64,000 bases of DNA from Eledone cirrhosa. Its lineage: Eukaryota. Shown here one piece after another: positions 62,745-64,000 of the stretch. Where the stretch lies: positions 368,652,001-368,716,000 of the forward strand of contig OZ024743.1 in assembly GCA_964016885.1 (NCBI GenBank), in the 5' to 3' direction. A program made the position numbers and the translations under genes. Numbering within the stretch: the first letter of the stretch is position 1; each line of letters begins with the position of its first letter. The notes beneath the pieces are model-generated. The model did no database searches, was not told the origin of the DNA, and saw nothing but the letters and a program-made list of their open reading frames with translations.

Positions 62745-64000
62745 GGCTCTCAGAAGAAAGATTAGAGTCATTTCGATAGGTTTTAGCAAAGAAGTAGCGT
62801 TAGAGAGAAATTGAAAGGAGGGGAAGTTGGGAGCTAAATTAGATGAGGCTATTTGCAGTGGTATTGCAACTGACATGCTAGTGGCAAGAATGGTGTTAGA
62901 CCATTTCTTCAATGCGAAACACGAAGGTTGCATTGTCAGAGCTAAGGTGTCTGCTCTAAGAAATGAGGGAACTGAAGCTGTTCGATGGGCCTGCATGGCA
63001 GAGGCGCAGCATGGTAACAAAACCACAATTCAGACCGAGACAGATATGAGCTAAATGATTCCAGGCAAATATTGAGGCCTTTCACCAGCACTTTGTGTGG
63101 TTGTTTGGAGGAAGTGGGGGGGGGGGGGTCGGAGGTGATGGCGGACTTTAGTCCCTACCTCAACAATCTACCGTGTCTCTTGACAGCCAATGCTGATGGT
63201 CTGCTCTACGAGCTTTACGTAGATTTTCCAGACTTGTTCTCTGATCTCCTCCAAGTGCTCTCCTGCAACTGGCAGCAGAATGGGAATATTCCCAGTTCTG
63301 TGAGCCAGGGCATAGTGATGCTGATGAGAAAAGATGAGAACAAAAGGGATAAGCTAGACAACTTCAGGCCCATAACTCTGCTAAAGACAGACTTTAAGAT
63401 TTTTGCCAAGGTGTTAGCAGAGAGGTTGGCACTTATTGTTGAGGATTTGGTAGGGGAGGCACAAATTTGCACAATCACGTCCAGGTCCATACATAGCTAC
63501 CTCCACCTCATGTGATATATCATAGATAGCTGGAGTCTGTCCTCAAGGTAGCTGGTTTCAGTCCCATCTTCAGAGTTTGGATTGCTGCAATGCACAGCAG
63601 CATATACTCAGGGGTTAAAGTTAATGGCTATCTTTCAGAGCCATTTCAAATCTCCCGATCGGTCCGTCAAGGGTGCCCTCTCTCCTTCCTTCTGTATATA
63701 TTGACTCCTGAACCTTTGCTCTGGAAGCTGGAGTGGTTGCAGTGTATCCCACTTGAACTAGGATGTGGAAAAGTTGTGTGACCATGATGTTGTCGGATAC
63801 CTCAGAAATCGAGGTGGTTGGCACCTTCGTGAAGGAATATGAAATGTTGACAGCAGCAAAACTAAACCCGGAAAAGTTGGTGGCTTGCAACTTGGCACCT
63901 GGAGAGGCAAGTTTATGCCATCTAACAGCGTTATTGGGTGCTGTATGGATGGCCCAGTAACGTTGCTTGAGGTTAGGTTCAGACCAGACTTCCAAGTGGA
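62745..64000 (+). pseudogene. Decayed L1/Tx1-clade LINE RT fragment, running off the window end
   Basis: DGLLYELY..NFRPITLLKTDFKIFAKVLAERL..AQ; VNGYLSEPFQISRSVRQGCPLS; frameshifted. Confidence 0.85.

Overview
Repeat-dense, AT-rich eukaryotic (animal) DNA with no host protein-coding exon I can support. The mix of (TA)n/(CA)n/(GAT)n microsatellites, RTE-clade LINEs, CORE- and Meta/MESC-type tRNA SINEs, Penelope-like element (PLE) fragments, a Helitron and Tc2-type MITEs suggests an octopod cephalopod genome; this is inferred from repeat style only. One young RTE copy (39473-42796) has an uninterrupted 959-aa APE+RT frame with a PHD-like Cys/His finger inside the RT region, but it is slightly 5'-truncated. 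The main signal is a 2.3-kb non-coding insertion (26773-29079) built from near-identical 310-bp units. About 4.3 units point one way and about 3.1 the other, and the whole is flanked by a 15-bp target-site duplication. Each unit carries a minimal type I hammerhead ribozyme (7 in total) inside a highly base-paired monomer, which is the signature of a non-LTR retrozyme (ribozyme-bearing circular RNA copied into the genome). About ten further hammerhead motifs, some intact and some decayed, from several unrelated families sit in small (TA)n-flanked PLE-like inserts. Many of these inserts share an 'inverted arm + direct arm + unpaired tail' layout. All folds were read by eye, none is computed or tested, and most element boundaries are approximate.
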